From Antedon mediterranea (taxonomy: Eukaryota; Animalia; Echinodermata): a DNA stretch of 64,000 nucleotides. The notes beneath the pieces were generated by a model that searched no databases, had not been told where the DNA came from, and was given only the letters and a program-made list of their open reading frames with translations. Positions 1 to 13,003 of this stretch are shown here, piece by piece. Each line of letters begins with the position of its first letter. Position 1 is the stretch's first letter. Position numbers and translations under genes: made by a program. The stretch spans positions 21,001,432-21,065,431 of the forward strand of contig NC_092679.1 of assembly GCF_964355755.1 (NCBI RefSeq), written 5' to 3'.

Positions 1-137
1 AAAAAAAGCTAAACTCAAGAATAAATGTCCATATTACTGTATACAGAAAAAGTGAACTTTAAAGTAAATTCAAAAGGGCTTTTTTTGAAAACAAATATTT
101 CCACAAATAGTTACAAGAAGGATATAGTCAGAGTGTT

Positions 138-173
138 TGAAGTGGAAAGCAATCCTGAAGTGGAAAGCAATCC
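138..173. repeat. 18-bp tandem duplication (TGAAGTGGAAAGCAATCC x2)
   Basis: Two exact adjacent copies; explains the EVESNP repeat in ORF 25..210. Confidence 0.9.
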
Positions 174-404
174 TATATTGTGTTTGTTTTCTTTATTGAA
201 TGGACTTTAAAGTTGATATTATGACAAGCCTAAAAGCTATTGTGATATATTGTAAGTTTAGTATTCTCTTTCACAAGTTGACATACGATATTAAGTAATT
301 TAAATAGTCACAAAAGTGATACTGCACCCAGTCTAGCAAATATGTCATTAAATGTTGTTATGAATCATGAGAAAAAAAGCAAACAAAATTATAATTTACC
401 ATAA

Positions 405-457
405 AGTGGTCTAGTGGTTAAAGTGTAAACAAGAAGTTTGATGTTCAAATCCAACCA
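405..457 (+). mobile_element. Degenerate tRNA-derived SINE head
   Basis: A-box-like TGGTCTAGTGGTTAA followed about 20 nt later by B-box-like GTTCAAATCC; no complete cloverleaf. Confidence 0.5.
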
Positions 458-1194
458 GTATAGGTTTATATTATCTTCAATATAATAATCTACATGTTGG
501 ACCTGATTTAAGTCTAACTAACTAAAGTACTTGATACAACAGCAGAGCAAATCAAGCCTGTAGCCAGAATTTTTACAGGGGGGTTCTTTTTTCCACAATT
601 AGGGGAAAAGTGCAAACATAAGCAACTGAAGAAGAAATATTTAGACCTAGCCTATTAGATAAAAATAATTTGCCTGCTTGTTAGGTAAGATTGGTCAAAA
701 AATTGTCGTTAGTACTGTTAATAGCCTAAGCCTATTTACTAGACTTTTCGCTGCTGGTCTCCAGTTTCTTCTTTCTTTCGAACCCTATGAATCCCTTTGG
801 AGACAAGCTTAGAAATCTATCTTTAATTTTATCTATCTTGAATATTCATTTTTTGTGTAATTTATTTATTTTCTGTGAAACAGACACCATATCAAATTTA
901 AACAGAGCATATTCAAGTTGTTTTTACTCCAGTCTTCATACACAATGATTTATTTTCATTTTATTCGTACAAGTTGCGTTATTTTGTTGTATTGTACCTA
1001 TCTGTGTTTTATTACTACTCCACCAATTTCATTTCATAATGTAATGTATTATGTTATACTTATAGTAAATATTAGTACAGCATTCAGGATCTGACACACT
1101 AACCTCTACCATACTAACCAGTTCATGGGTTTTAAGTACAAACTTTTTTTGTATGCATTATAAATAGAAATATCATAATATATGAATACTAAGG

Positions 1195-1313
1195 CACTAT
1201 CAAACTAGTTTTTTGAAAAAAGGTGTGATGTATGCCCAAATATGGTAGTGATATGACATCATCGTGTTCACATCATATTTTGTTGTAATGTAAAGTTTGA
1301 TAGACATTTAGCT
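1195..1313 (+). mobile_element. MITE family A copy (PIF/Harbinger-like), eroded ends
   Basis: CACTATCAAACTAGTTT...CCCAAATATGGTAGTGATATGACATCATC...AAAGTTTGATAG matches the intact copies at 16701 and 35607. Confidence 0.8.
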
Positions 1314-2484
1314 TTACGGTTTGACAAAAATATGAAACGATTTAAAAAAAAACTATTAAAAAAAAATGTCTGAAGGACTTCAAACGTAATTAATTGATGA
1401 ACAAAGTTCAATTATTATCAGTTACACTCGTCAACAGATGAGACAAAGAATTTGGTAAAGTATATGCAAATAAATTTTTGCCAAAATATAGTGGGAAGTT
1501 ACATAGGTTTAATAGGGAATAGGAGGGCTAATGGCATTGATAAAATACATGTATTTGTTTAGCTGTAGATAGACAGATTCAAGTTCTCCAACATCCCTTG
1601 CCCCACTTCCTACCCCTTGGGAAAAATTATAATGCAAAAGATATGACATTAGCACAATTTAATACTTTTTAGACCTTTCCCCCTCATCCTTATTTCAAAA
1701 TCGTGGATCTGGAAGAGTTGCCAAATTGTGCAATATAGATACTGATAGGGAGCCTGTACTTATAGACCTAGTAATTAATATAATAGCAACCCTATTGATG
1801 GGCTACCTGGCTACCAATTACTTCACCTTCCCACCATCTATCATATTAGCAAGAACAACTATTTGCCTGCGAAATTTCCAAAAATATAATTCATACTGGA
1901 TGGCCTAACTTGTACTTAAGCTAGTGGGTTTTCATTCCCAGAAACCTTTCATTTTAAAACCAAATCAGAAGATTGATAATCATGAATTCTTGAACCTTGA
2001 TTGAGGAGAAATAATTAATATTTAATATTAACCATATTCCAAGAAAGAAAAAAAAGTTACGCCTTATTAAAGATAAAACCGACTCAAAGTAATGAGAGGA
2101 ATACTTATTAATTTTGCAGCAAACTTTGGTTGCCAATATCGTCCACAAAAATTAAGTGCAAAGTGTATTATTTTATGAAAAACGTAAGCATATTGAAGCT
2201 GTTGGTCTGGAGGATGGAGTGGGCACGAGAGTTGATTGTTAATTAATTAACAATTTCAAGTTTTAATGACAAGACGTTGGGATTCCTTGCAATCAATGAT
2301 TACTTTATAACTAACTATTGTAGACTATATGCACACATTTGCTTGAAATGGTATGCTATAATGTCTTGCATTATCATCATCATCATCTACAGTCCAATTC
2401 TTATTAGAGTTTGATGTTCGTTGTTAAGTGTTTCTTGTGGATGATGAGAATAAACAAACCAACAGTGGTGTTGGTAGTCTATGA

Positions 2485-2715
2485 GTGCCGCTTAACCTGG
2501 ATAAACCAACATTAATAGCCCTTAACCCAATTAAAGAGGATGACAATATAAAAAGGATTTTAGTGGAATTCTTCTCTACAAATGGTATAGTTCATGAACT
2601 CAAGTGGAAGGTTCCCCACAAACCACCATCATCATTTAATGAAAATTTCGAGTCATGTATATTTCGCTCTTTGAGGATAAAGGCTGTTGTCGGTTTATCC
2701 AGGTAAGCTAGGCAC
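2485..2715. mobile_element. Old fold-back/MITE-like element with ~60-bp imperfect inverted arms
   Basis: The left arm (GTGCCGCTTAACCTGGATAAACCAACA...AATATA, 2485-2550) is approximately the reverse complement of 2658-2715 (TATATTTCGCTCTTT...TGTCGGTTTATCCAGGTAAGCTAGGCAC). Confidence 0.65.
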
Positions 2716-3789
2716 GGAACTTAAACAGTTGTTGCTTCCCAGGTGTCGTGTGTCAATGTTTAGGTAGTGTTTTTAGTACCTAGTTTTACATAATTTGTTG
2801 CTTTTCCATAGCATTGTTCTGCAGTTCTGCAAACACAACATGTTGAGTACCAATATTTGTACTATACTTATACCTTTTTATGCAAATATGTACCAGGACA
2901 TGATGACAGATGCTTATTCAAAATGGGTCCTTTATGGAAACTAGTCTAATAATTATATAACTTGGCCATTACATTTCATTGCAGGGCTTCAGTTAAATCC
3001 ATAACATTTGTATTGGCTTTAGCAGCTCACTAGCTTCATTGTGTTAGAACAAGGAAATATTACGATCGGTCCAACTATATAAATCTATACAATTTATTAT
3101 AAAACTTTATAATAGGAAACTTTTATGTCGCATATGATTGACAGTAAATGAAGGCTGAAGATTCAAATAAAAAAATGTCTGTAGATAAAAAAAATCATAA
3201 AGAACAGTACTGTATATAAACAACATATAGATGATACTATATATAGCAACATTATATAATTAAATAATTTTGAATTATGATAAAAACAATTAAGCCTGTA
3301 AATTGAAGGTAATCCTATAAATTATCAGGGTATATACCTTGTTTAATTATGCACATAAAATAGTATAATCTATTATCATTCTATTAAATCTGGTTTATTA
3401 TCTATTGTCTTTCTTATTCTTTTATCTATATATGTATATCATAAATATTTATAAATTTAAGGTGTATTGATACAAAATTATGATTTACAATTTTATTATT
3501 ATTTTTTGAATTACAAAATATTACTGTATTATTAAATTTTAATATTTCATTGTTTTCTTTTAAAGGATAATTATAAAACCGTTGATACTTTAATATCATA
3601 ATAATACAAATATTTTTTCATATTCATAATTTATTAATATTACACAGTTTTTAAAATTTATTTTTATTTCATACGCATCCAACAATGAGCAGGATGGATA
3701 AACTATTTTATAATTTATTGTGCTTAAACTTATTATTTGAGACTTAGTTAGTGGTGTTGAATGACTCATAAGTTACAAAACTGGCACTA

Positions 3790-3848
3790 AGTAAGGATTG
3801 AACCCTGTACCTTGGGATTAGGCAAGGAAAGCACCACCAAGCTACAGC
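3790..3848 (-). mobile_element. Degenerate tRNA-derived SINE head
   Basis: Reverse complement reads AGCTGTAGCTTGGTGG (A-box-like) ... GGGTTCAATCC (B-box-like). Confidence 0.5.
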
Positions 3849-3871
3849 TCGAGTTATTAAATGTATTTCTA

Positions 3872-4003
3872 TTTTTTTATTTTTTTTATTATTTATTGCC
3901 AAAAACCAGTTACAAACAAACAAAAACACAGAAACTAAGGGAGTAGGCAGGAACCTAAAAGTGAACCTAATCACTATAACAAGAGTTCAGGTTCCGTACT
4001 CCC
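3872..4003 (-). mobile_element. Probable LINE 3' UTR/tail fragment
   Basis: The minus strand ends in AATAAATAATAAAAAAAATAAAAAAA. It is preceded by an imperfect stem (GGGAGTAGGCAGGAACCT / AGGTTCCGTACTCCC) of the kind seen in non-LTR 3' ends. Confidence 0.4.
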
Positions 4004-5570
4004 AAAGTAACAACAATGATATATAATAAACTATATAAAAATATTTAAATAACAAATAGACGAATCAACAGTGTCAATATAAAAAAAACCGGATAAAATA
4101 CATTGCTATTATACATGTATGTATGCACTTGTGTAAATATGAATATATTGAAAATTAAATAATGATAATTTATTGGTAATATTTGTCACATGTACTGAAC
4201 CATCAAACAATGTAAATACGTGCTGATTAAATTTTTTTTTATCACAACAAACAGAACAACAAACAGAATCCTAAACAGGAATAAGATTAAAAACAAATTA
4301 TATATTAATTTATGGTTATGGCACCTTTTGTATTCTATGAACACTGCAATAGTGATCTGGAATTTACATTATCAAATTCTATATTTTTTTAAAGTCTTTG
4401 TGTTGTACCCCAAAAACCTGAAAAATGAAGATTATTACAGACTTGACAACAAAGTTAATCACTTCTGTAGATAAAAAACCTGAAAAAATTATGTTTTCAC
4501 TTATAAAATGAGTGTTAAATTCAACCAAAAACCCATTGGCTGACAGCCAATTTGACTATTTTTTGGCTTTTAATTACAGTTTTTTTTCAGGAATATAATT
4601 TTTTTTAGATCCAATTTTTAGTCAAAGTGAATACCTAATATGTGATGTTAAAATGGCACATTGAACAAAAAAAAATTTGTTTTTTCAGGCAGAGGGACAA
4701 TATATCTTTAATATTTGAATATGAACGTTGTAAAATTGAATACAATTAAGCATTAAAGAAGAATAATACCTAAATTAATATACTAATTATAATAATAATT
4801 TATGAAACGTTTTGTTTTATTAGTCCGATACAAGGAAGTACCAAGTCCAATCTGCTTTGAGTTACACCCTAATAGCGATTCTTAATCAAACAAATGACTC
4901 ATAAATGCAATTAGACAGAAAACCCAAACCCTGTTCATTAAACAAAGGTGGCTGTTGGATTAATTAGCCAGGCTCTTTGCCATGTACACAATAGATAATG
5001 ATAATCTCAACCAGCTATCCAATTATTCCTTGTTTGTGTTAGAACAACCGACATTTTGGATTTTTAATTTCAGGCCCTTCTGTGGCATATGGGATGTTTT
5101 TATTACAAAATCACACTTTATTCTACATGCATTTTGATGCCTATAATATTAATAGCCTATTATTATACTAGCCTACGTTATCTTGATAATATCACTCTTT
5201 CTATTCTCTCTAAATAATGATTTAAAACATTTTATATTCAGTAATAATAATTAAATTAATGATATGATCATTTAATATACCAAATTTTACAGTAGCCTAG
5301 GTGAAATCAACACCCTATGCATAAAAACATTGTTATGTATTAATTTAATGATACATTTCCATCTAATAATTCTATTAATATTAATATATATATTAAATTT
5401 AAATAGATATAATATCGGGATAAAAAAACTAATTAAAAAGAATGTACTGCTGTAACTGCAATAACATATATAATTCTAGTTTGTTTCAATGAAGAAGTTT
5501 ATTCTTATTTTATAGTCTCTGAAATAAACAGTGTTCCCTCAAAAAAGCTTGCTAAACAATGGAAAAATAT

Positions 5571-5765
5571 AGTAACTGCAGTAGCTGCCTGCAGTAGAAT
5601 GTGGCATGGTCCCTTATAATTTAACATGTATATAACAGTATATAATATTAATTGTTCTTTATATCGTGTATAAAAATGATTTAAACCATTAAAAGATAAA
5701 GAGTAAGTAAAGTATAGTTTACTGCAGTAACTGCAGTAGAATGTGATGACATGGTCCCATATTTA
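5571..5765. repeat. Degenerate direct duplication containing ACTGCAGT motifs
   Basis: CTGCAGTAGAATGTG(...)CATGGTCCC occurs at ~5590 and ~5731. Related TACTGCAG motifs occur at ~6882-6910 and ~38487-38555. Confidence 0.55.
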
Positions 5766-7179
5766 AAGAAGTATTTAATAGTAACCTTGTTTCTTCGTTA
5801 TTTTCTTAATATCAATAGTAGAATGATTTGCTTTCTACAATTTCATTTATGATTACCTTTTTTGCAAAATGACATTTATTTTTATAGCATAATAAAAAAA
5901 CACTTACACTTGATGTCCAGTTGCCTACTACAATTGTGTCTTTCCCCTACATTCTTTGCAAAGTAATTAAAATGTATGTAGAGATTCACGTAACAAATTA
6001 AAATGTTAATATATCTATGTGAAATTATGAAGATCTTGAACAATTACTACTTATGTATTGCTATTTAATGATATTGTTAAATGATAAAAAACAACAAAAA
6101 TTTCTATTGAGAATTGCAATAAAGATATATTTTTAATTAGTTCAGTTCAGTTGAATCTAATAGGAATATTTTGTTTTCTCTTTCTTTCAAAAATGATAAT
6201 TTTAATCAATTTTTCCAATGGTTAAGAAAAGATATTTCTGAATAGATATTTATTGTATTGTTATATAAAATTTTGATTTGCATAAATTAAAAAAAAGTAG
6301 TTCTCTACCACACAAGAGAAGTTAAAATTTATATTTACAATGTAATATTAATAAAATGTAAAAAACAAATGGTTAATTTAAGTTAGTTGAAGTTAAAAAA
6401 AAAGTAAAACTCAATCTTTTTCCATTGAATCTTTATTTCCATTCTTCACTTTATGAAAAAGTACAATATCACATTCTTAGAAAAGAAAATTAATTTTGTG
6501 ATAATTTAAACTAGGCAGTTGTAAAAATTAAAGTAAAACAAATGTAATGTTTTACTACAGTTTTTCTTTCATTTTATGCCAATTGTCGAGGCATGTCGAC
6601 ATCAGCTGTGGCAACATTGAAAATGAATAATTTAATTGCCAATCAGGGTAGTTTACTCAAGGACAAGGATAACATACAAAACAAGACATTTTGTTTGTTT
6701 CATAAACAGATGTGTACAGTATGTGCTATATTAAATTATGGACTCTCTTCCATGATTACATTTTATAAATAGTTTTTTCTTGAGCAAACATGATACAGTG
6801 AGTGAATATGCATAAAGAACACTATAAAAGTGATATTGACAGAAACTGCAAAGTAAAAGGGTCTTTATTTTGAGATATAGTTACTGCAGAAAACATAATA
6901 TACTGCAGTATTAACAGATTATTATTATTATTGCTATGCCACTTTTATTGGCTAGCTGCAACCAAATCAACAGTTTCTTTATTTGACATTTAGGATAAGA
7001 TGTTTTTTACACCATGGCCAGTTATTTGGAAACAAAAGCAGAAAGAAGAATAAGCAGAAACTTGTTTATATAAAGTTTATTTACCGCAACAAAAATAATA
7101 TTTGGTATTATTCAGCAGAATGGAATGGAACGTGCAAAATATAACTTACTATAGAATAGAAAGCAAAGACTTTTAAAAA

Positions 7180-7297
7180 TGTCTGCACTTGTGACGTAAC
7201 CATATGAATATGATGATGTCATATCAATACCATATTTGGGTACACCACTACCATTTTTTTTTGTCAAACTAGTTTGATAGTGTAGACATGAAGAGCT
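7180..7297 (-). mobile_element. MITE family A copy, internally deleted
   Basis: ATGATGATGTCATATC...CCATATTTGGG...TTGTCAAACTAGTTTGATAGTGTAGAC...AGAGCT followed by TTA. Confidence 0.8.
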
Positions 7298-9545
7298 TTA
7301 GAGCTACTCTTGTTCACAAACAAAACATTTTCAATTAATTAAGCGGAAGAATCTAAATATTTACTCAACAAATTCATACACAAAAATAAACAAGATGCTA
7401 GTAGTTTTTACAATGCTTGAATAAATTCAGTAAAAGAGCTAAACCTGATTTGATTAACAATAATAGAATTAATTATGTATGGTGATATTATACTATACAA
7501 TGTAATCGTGTAAAGCCAGACTGTACATCAGACAAAATAATAAAATTAATATTTGTAACATCTGGTTAGAGGTAAAATAGAATGTAAATATTGTTAAAAA
7601 GATAATATGGAATTTATGAAAGAAATATTGATATAACTATATGCCAGATCTTTTGTGGGTATTTTCTAGATCTATAGTACGTATGACCACAGTACTGTTT
7701 CTATAATGATAAAATAACAATGTAGATTTAAGCCAGGGGAAACACAAGTTATCATTGACATCACCTTTCAAAATTTGGACAAAAACGTCGCATCAACTCA
7801 AGGTCGATATGTCAGTGACAACCTATCTAGTCTTTAGACTCTGTTATGCCTACACTTTGACATTAATACCACAGAAAATCCTAATTTGTGATACTGTAAC
7901 AAAAGAAAAGAATGAAAATAAACCAATCTTTCATCACCAATCAGTAATATCATGGAAAATTTATATGATACAGGGAGGACTTTCGCATACAGGTTGCTGA
8001 TGATGAATGAGAGAAACATATATGGCCTTATATAATGTTTAATATCTAATCTATATACTTAATATCTTTACAATAAAATGGGAAAATCAAATTGGTTACA
8101 TAAGTTTCAAAATCAAAATTATTATATAGTCATGAACAATGTTTTAGGGCGTGCTGAGTTTAAAACATCAAATTATCCAATATTTAAAATAATTCAATTT
8201 AAATATTAATAAATTGTAATAAAAACCTTACCTATTATTTAGCATCCCATTTAATGATACTCAGATGGAAAAACGACCTAGAGTAATGGAACGCGTTGTC
8301 ATTTTTATAAGCCTACAGAATGATAGCTGGGAAAGGATAAGCTGGCCTTGTATAGTGGGATCTATATTGAATATGAGTAGCTAGTTTTGATAATTGCTGG
8401 TACTACCTGGTGTATATATTACCTAAATATTATTATCTGCTTGCATTGTTTTACATACTTAACATAATATCAAGGGTATTTTGTGAATGCTTACCTTTTA
8501 GTATGAGTAGGGACTTTTTATTTGTATGACACGTACAATGGCACCAAACACCAAAAAACGAAGCATTACATACTTAACGCACCGCGTATAAACGTGAGCC
8601 ACCATTGTAAAATGTAGTTTCAATAAATATTATATGTTATATTATAAGAGACATTTCCATCTACAAACTAATTAATGTTGGGAGAGCTATATGGCACAAT
8701 GGAGAGTTGAGACCTAGACAAATGCACATACAGTAGTGCACGATAAAGAACTATTTGGAAAAAGCAGGGGCTTTTCTGTAAGGTTGCGCTGCACTATGGC
8801 TGCCTTGGTTTTCCCGCGCCTAATCGGAATTTTCTCAATATCCATATTTTATTTATTGTGGACCGTTAAATATAATTTAACATTTAAGCTAACTTAATGT
8901 AAATTGCCTTGACACTATCATAGATCTGTGTGTAAACAACAGATAATCGTCACGCTCTGCTGCTTTGTAGTTTTTAATTTCATCTAACATATTGTTTTTT
9001 TGCACTAATAGTAATACTTTTTTTTGTACTAATAGTAATACTGTTTTACCTTTAATTTGTGGCCCTATAGTCAGAATGTATACGCAACATTGCTATTTTT
9101 ATCTTTTTCAGTTGTGCGTACTACAAAAATCTTCAATACATTGTCCAGTACAATTATGATTTTACCAAATAAAAGTTTAATAAATTCTAGTTTATTTATT
9201 TACAGTCTTCTATTAAACTAATTGTAACATTAGAACATTAGGTATGGACATGACAATTGCGATTTTTATGTCAGTTAGGTACTTCAGATTTAATTTGAAT
9301 GCAATCATGTTTCATTTTATCAGGAAATGAATTTATTAATTTACTTCAAGTGCCAAACTTTTTATCAGTTTAACATTAAATTTGAAATAAAAATCTAATT
9401 GTTTAAATATGGACTTGAAATTGACAAATTACAAAATGCGTTGTCATTGTATGCTAATTTGCATATTTTTATAAAAACTTTATGAAAGAAATATTTTTTC
9501 AGATTAAAAAAATGTAATTGTTTACATTTGTAAGTTATTTTTTAA

Positions 9546-9844
9546 AGACACCTTCCCTACAATTTGTGATGTTTTGTAAAAATAATACATATATTACTTT
9601 AAAAACATTAAACCAGGTCATTCCTTGTCTTAAATGTACGATTTATGGTAAATTATGATAAAAAGTGCAATGCATTTTGGGATTTATAGCGGGCCTATAT
9701 AATTAGTAGAATCGACTTTTTTTTTCACATTTTTAACCATTTAAAGACGAAAAAAGTTATCGAAATAGGACCATATAGTATTATTTTTACATTAAATATA
9801 GTTTGTGTCTTAAATTAGATCTAAAAAACGTAGGGAAGGTGTCT
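9546..9844. mobile_element. Non-autonomous DNA transposon with TTAA TSD (Kolobok-like)
   Basis: Perfect 15-bp TIRs AGACACCTTCCCTAC / GTAGGGAAGGTGTCT flanked by TTAA (9542-9545, 9845-9848). A TTAA TSD with AG...CT termini fits Kolobok better than piggyBac (CC...GG). Confidence 0.85.
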
Positions 9845-9951
9845 TTAAATTTATTTTATTTTTTAATTTATTTTAAATCAACTGACAGAGATAAAAACCT
9901 CCACTAAAAAGTTGTAAATAAATGTATTATTCTGGTGTGTGTGTGTATTCC

Positions 9952-10126
9952 TCATTCAATCAATCGTTCGATTTATATAGCGCCATTCCAACATTCATTG
10001 CTCAATAAAAAAATAAAATAAAAAAAATTAGAAAAGGTGAGTTTTGAGTAGTGACTTAAAGTGACTCAATAATGATGTGTGTTTAATGTTCAAGGGTAGG
10101 TGGTTCCAGAGCCTAGGTCCAGCAAC
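9952..10126 (-). mobile_element. 5'-truncated L2-type LINE: ORF2 C-terminus plus 3' tail
   Basis: 10126-10028 translates VAGPRLWNHLPLNIKHTSLLSHFKSLLKTHLF*, the characteristic L2/CR1 end motif. It is followed by GGCGCTATATAAAT and an (ATTG)n-like tail. Confidence 0.9.
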
Positions 10127-10409
10127 AATTATAAAAAATAGCAGTCTATAGGCCTAACTGTCAGTAACCTACCATATTAATTAAAAATTCTACCAGTAAC
10201 AAATTAAAATGCCAACCTTAATTAATTCTGGGTATAATAACTGTTACATTTTCAAGGAATTAATAAAAATAGATTTTCAAGGTTTAATTAAAAAAATATG
10301 ATATCATTAAAGCATAAGGAAGATTGAGTAATTAATTTTTATGGCTCTTCTGTTAATTGGATTTGCCCCTCTGTTCACAACATACCAATAAAAGGATATG
10401 ATGATATTA

Positions 10410-10560
10410 AGCTGTCAAACTATATGTTACAAAAAAAGATATCATAGCACTACAATATTTGGGCATATCACCACCATATTTGGGCACATCACCACCATAT
10501 TTGGGTGTGCAAATCACACTTTTTTGTCACATGCTATAGTTTGGTAGTATAGACAGGGCT
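10410..10560 (-). mobile_element. MITE family A copy with three internal subrepeats
   Basis: TTA|AGCTGTCAAAC...GTATAGACAGGGCT|TTA with the CAC(T/C)AC(C/A)ATATTTGGG unit three times. Confidence 0.8.
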
Positions 10561-11032
10561 TTAAACAGCTATGTAAAAACTATCGAATACTGTTTGTGCA
10601 ATAGGTCAAGTACTGTAGGCCTACTAAAAAAAGTACTTATCTAAAACCAAGCCTACAAACAATTACTTAATAGCTATACACCCTATACTAGCTAAAGCCC
10701 ATCAATGATTAAAAAGATAATTTTCCAAGATTCCGATATCCGTGAAATATTAATAACTTAACGTACTTCCTACTTAGATGTCCGGATAAAACTTAGGCCT
10801 ACCCGTTCCAGGTATTTTGTAACGGAAGTCTGACTAAAGGCTGCTTCATACACCTATAATTTTTTAAACACTAAATGCCTCATAAATATTTTTTCCAAAT
10901 TATTTACATGTACATCATGAGAAAAACCTAAAATTTACTATATACAGTTATGTCCTTAAAAGTTTTTTTTGGTTTTGAATATATAATTAACAATATAAAA
11001 TAAAATGATTTTCCAGTCAAAATAGACATAGA

Positions 11033-11147
11033 CAAACTTTATCTGTCAGAAATTGTTCTCCTTGGCAAGATAAGATATTTAAATTATACATCAAACTTTA
11101 TTTGCCAGAAATTGTTCTCCTTGGCAAGATAAGATATTTCAATACAT
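11033..11147. repeat. ~59-bp tandem duplication
   Basis: CAGAAATTGTTCTCCTTGGCAAGATAAGATATTT is present twice, 59 bp apart. Confidence 0.9.
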
Positions 11148-12003
11148 TTAAAATAAATTAAGAAACATTTTGAATAAAATACTTTTAAAATACTACAAAA
11201 CATACAAAATATTGCAAACTGGAATTAAAAATATCTCTTGAGTTTTGAATTGAATTATTAGGTAAATAACTTTACCAATTGTAAGTATAAGTTTCTTTTA
11301 TTCATCCATAAGAAAATATAATATTGAAAAAAGCTTAAAAACATCATAGAGTGAAATATGGACAAAAAGGAAGGAGAGAAAAGCTCAACTTCCAATTCTT
11401 TTAGAAGACATCAAGCAAATCATGTACAAATTAATTAATATCAAAGTACATTAGTATAAAAGTGATGTAGTTAAGATAACATAACAATTAAACATTGATG
11501 AGAATTACTGTTTTTATTAAAATATTAAATTTGAATTATCATAATTTTTGGTTTTAAAGGAATTTTAAACTGATCATATTTTTTCTTTTTATGTTATTTG
11601 ATGAAATAAATATTACTGAATTGGAAAACAGATTTTGTTTTATTTTGTTTACAAAAATACAAGTTAGTTGGCAAATGAAATTGTAAATAGGTTTGTGTTA
11701 CACTATTAATGTATGTCAAAAAGTACAGTCAAAACCAAATTGAACTAGAATTCAATATTGAGAAACCAATTTATATGATTCAGAATTAGATAACACGCCA
11801 TACAAAATCACGTCGTCAACCAAGAATTTTTATTAGTGAGCCGATACAAAACACTAGAACGCTAATTTACTATTAAATAAGTTAACGTGTATATTATAAC
11901 AGATTTGAAATGACTGCACAGGTTTATCATAGGTCATTTACCTTAATCAATACAAGCCTAGTTAATAAAAGATTGGGTATAACACTATTGTATATTTTAT
12001 TCC

Positions 12004-12666
12004 TTTGTTGTTAGTTATTCTGGGAAAATAATAATAACATGTACACATACAAGTGTAGGGTTACATAAATATACCCTTATTTGGAAATGGATTTTATTTA
12101 CTACTAAAAAATATAATTATTGTTAAATAAAATATAGTGTTTTATTTTGTTGTTTGTTATTCTGGGAAAAAAACACAGGTACAAGTGTAGGGTTACAAAC
12201 ATATACCCTTATTTGGAAATGAATTTTATTTACTACTAAAAAATATAATTATTGTTAAATAAAATATAGTGTTTTCTTTTGTTGTTTGTTATTCTGGGTA
12301 AAAAAAAACACAGGTACAAGTGTAGGGTTACAAACATATACCCTTATTTGGAAATGAATTTTATTTACTACTAAAAAATATAATTATTGTTAAATAAAAT
12401 ATAGTGTTTTCTTTTGTTGTTTGTTATTCTGGGTAAAAAAAAACACAGGTACAAGTGTAGGGTTACAAACATATACCCTTATTTGGAAATGAATTTTATT
12501 TACTACTAAAAGATATAATTATTGTTAAATAAAATATAGTGTTTTCTTTTGTTGTTTGTTATTCTGGGTAAAAAAAAACACAGGTACAAGTGTAGGGTTA
12601 CATACACACTGTAAACCCTTATTTGGAAATGAATTTTATTTACTACAAAAAAATATAATTATTGTT
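12004..12666. repeat. Tandem array, 135-bp unit x5
   Basis: ACAAGTGTAGGGTTACA starts at 12049, 12181, 12316, 12451 and 12586. Central copies are nearly identical. Confidence 0.95.
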
Positions 12667-13003
12667 ATTAGTTATAGAATAGTGTTTTGCATATTTAAGA
12701 AATTATAGTGAAATCATTTCTAAGTATAGTACTAATGGTGGTTACATATTGTGTACTTTTTTATATACTATAAAATATGTGTTATTGTTAGTATACAATA
12801 TTACTGTATTGAAAAAAAGGTTAGTAGTATTAAAAGGGGAATGACTTGTTTAAATAGCATTTTTCTTGTAATCTAGTCTCTCAGAATTAGACTTTCTTAA
12901 AAACAGAATTAGACTTTCTATAAAACAGAATTTTAAACTCCTTTGGTCACAATGATCCAAATGTTATTTTATTTTTCCAAATGCATTCAGAACCATACCA
13001 TAG

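Noticed and set aside
405-457. Functional tRNA gene (also 3790-3848)
   Set aside because: A/B boxes only; no acceptor stem or anticodon arm can be formed, so these were treated as SINE heads.
553-600. hAT-like terminal remnant (GCCTGTAGCCAGAATTTTT...GGGGGG); similar remnants at ~25455-25500 and 61341-61411
   Set aside because: No matching opposite TIR or TSD could be located.
8232-8312. Possible minus-strand exon bounded by TTCTGTAG and GTAAGG
   Set aside because: Weak polypyrimidine tract, a stop in the frame examined and no recognisable peptide; such site pairs arise by chance.
12004-12666. Tandem arrays (here and at 39.3, 57.8 and 60.2 kb) as CRISPR arrays
   Set aside because: Units are contiguous with no unique spacers, there are no cas genes, and the context is eukaryotic.
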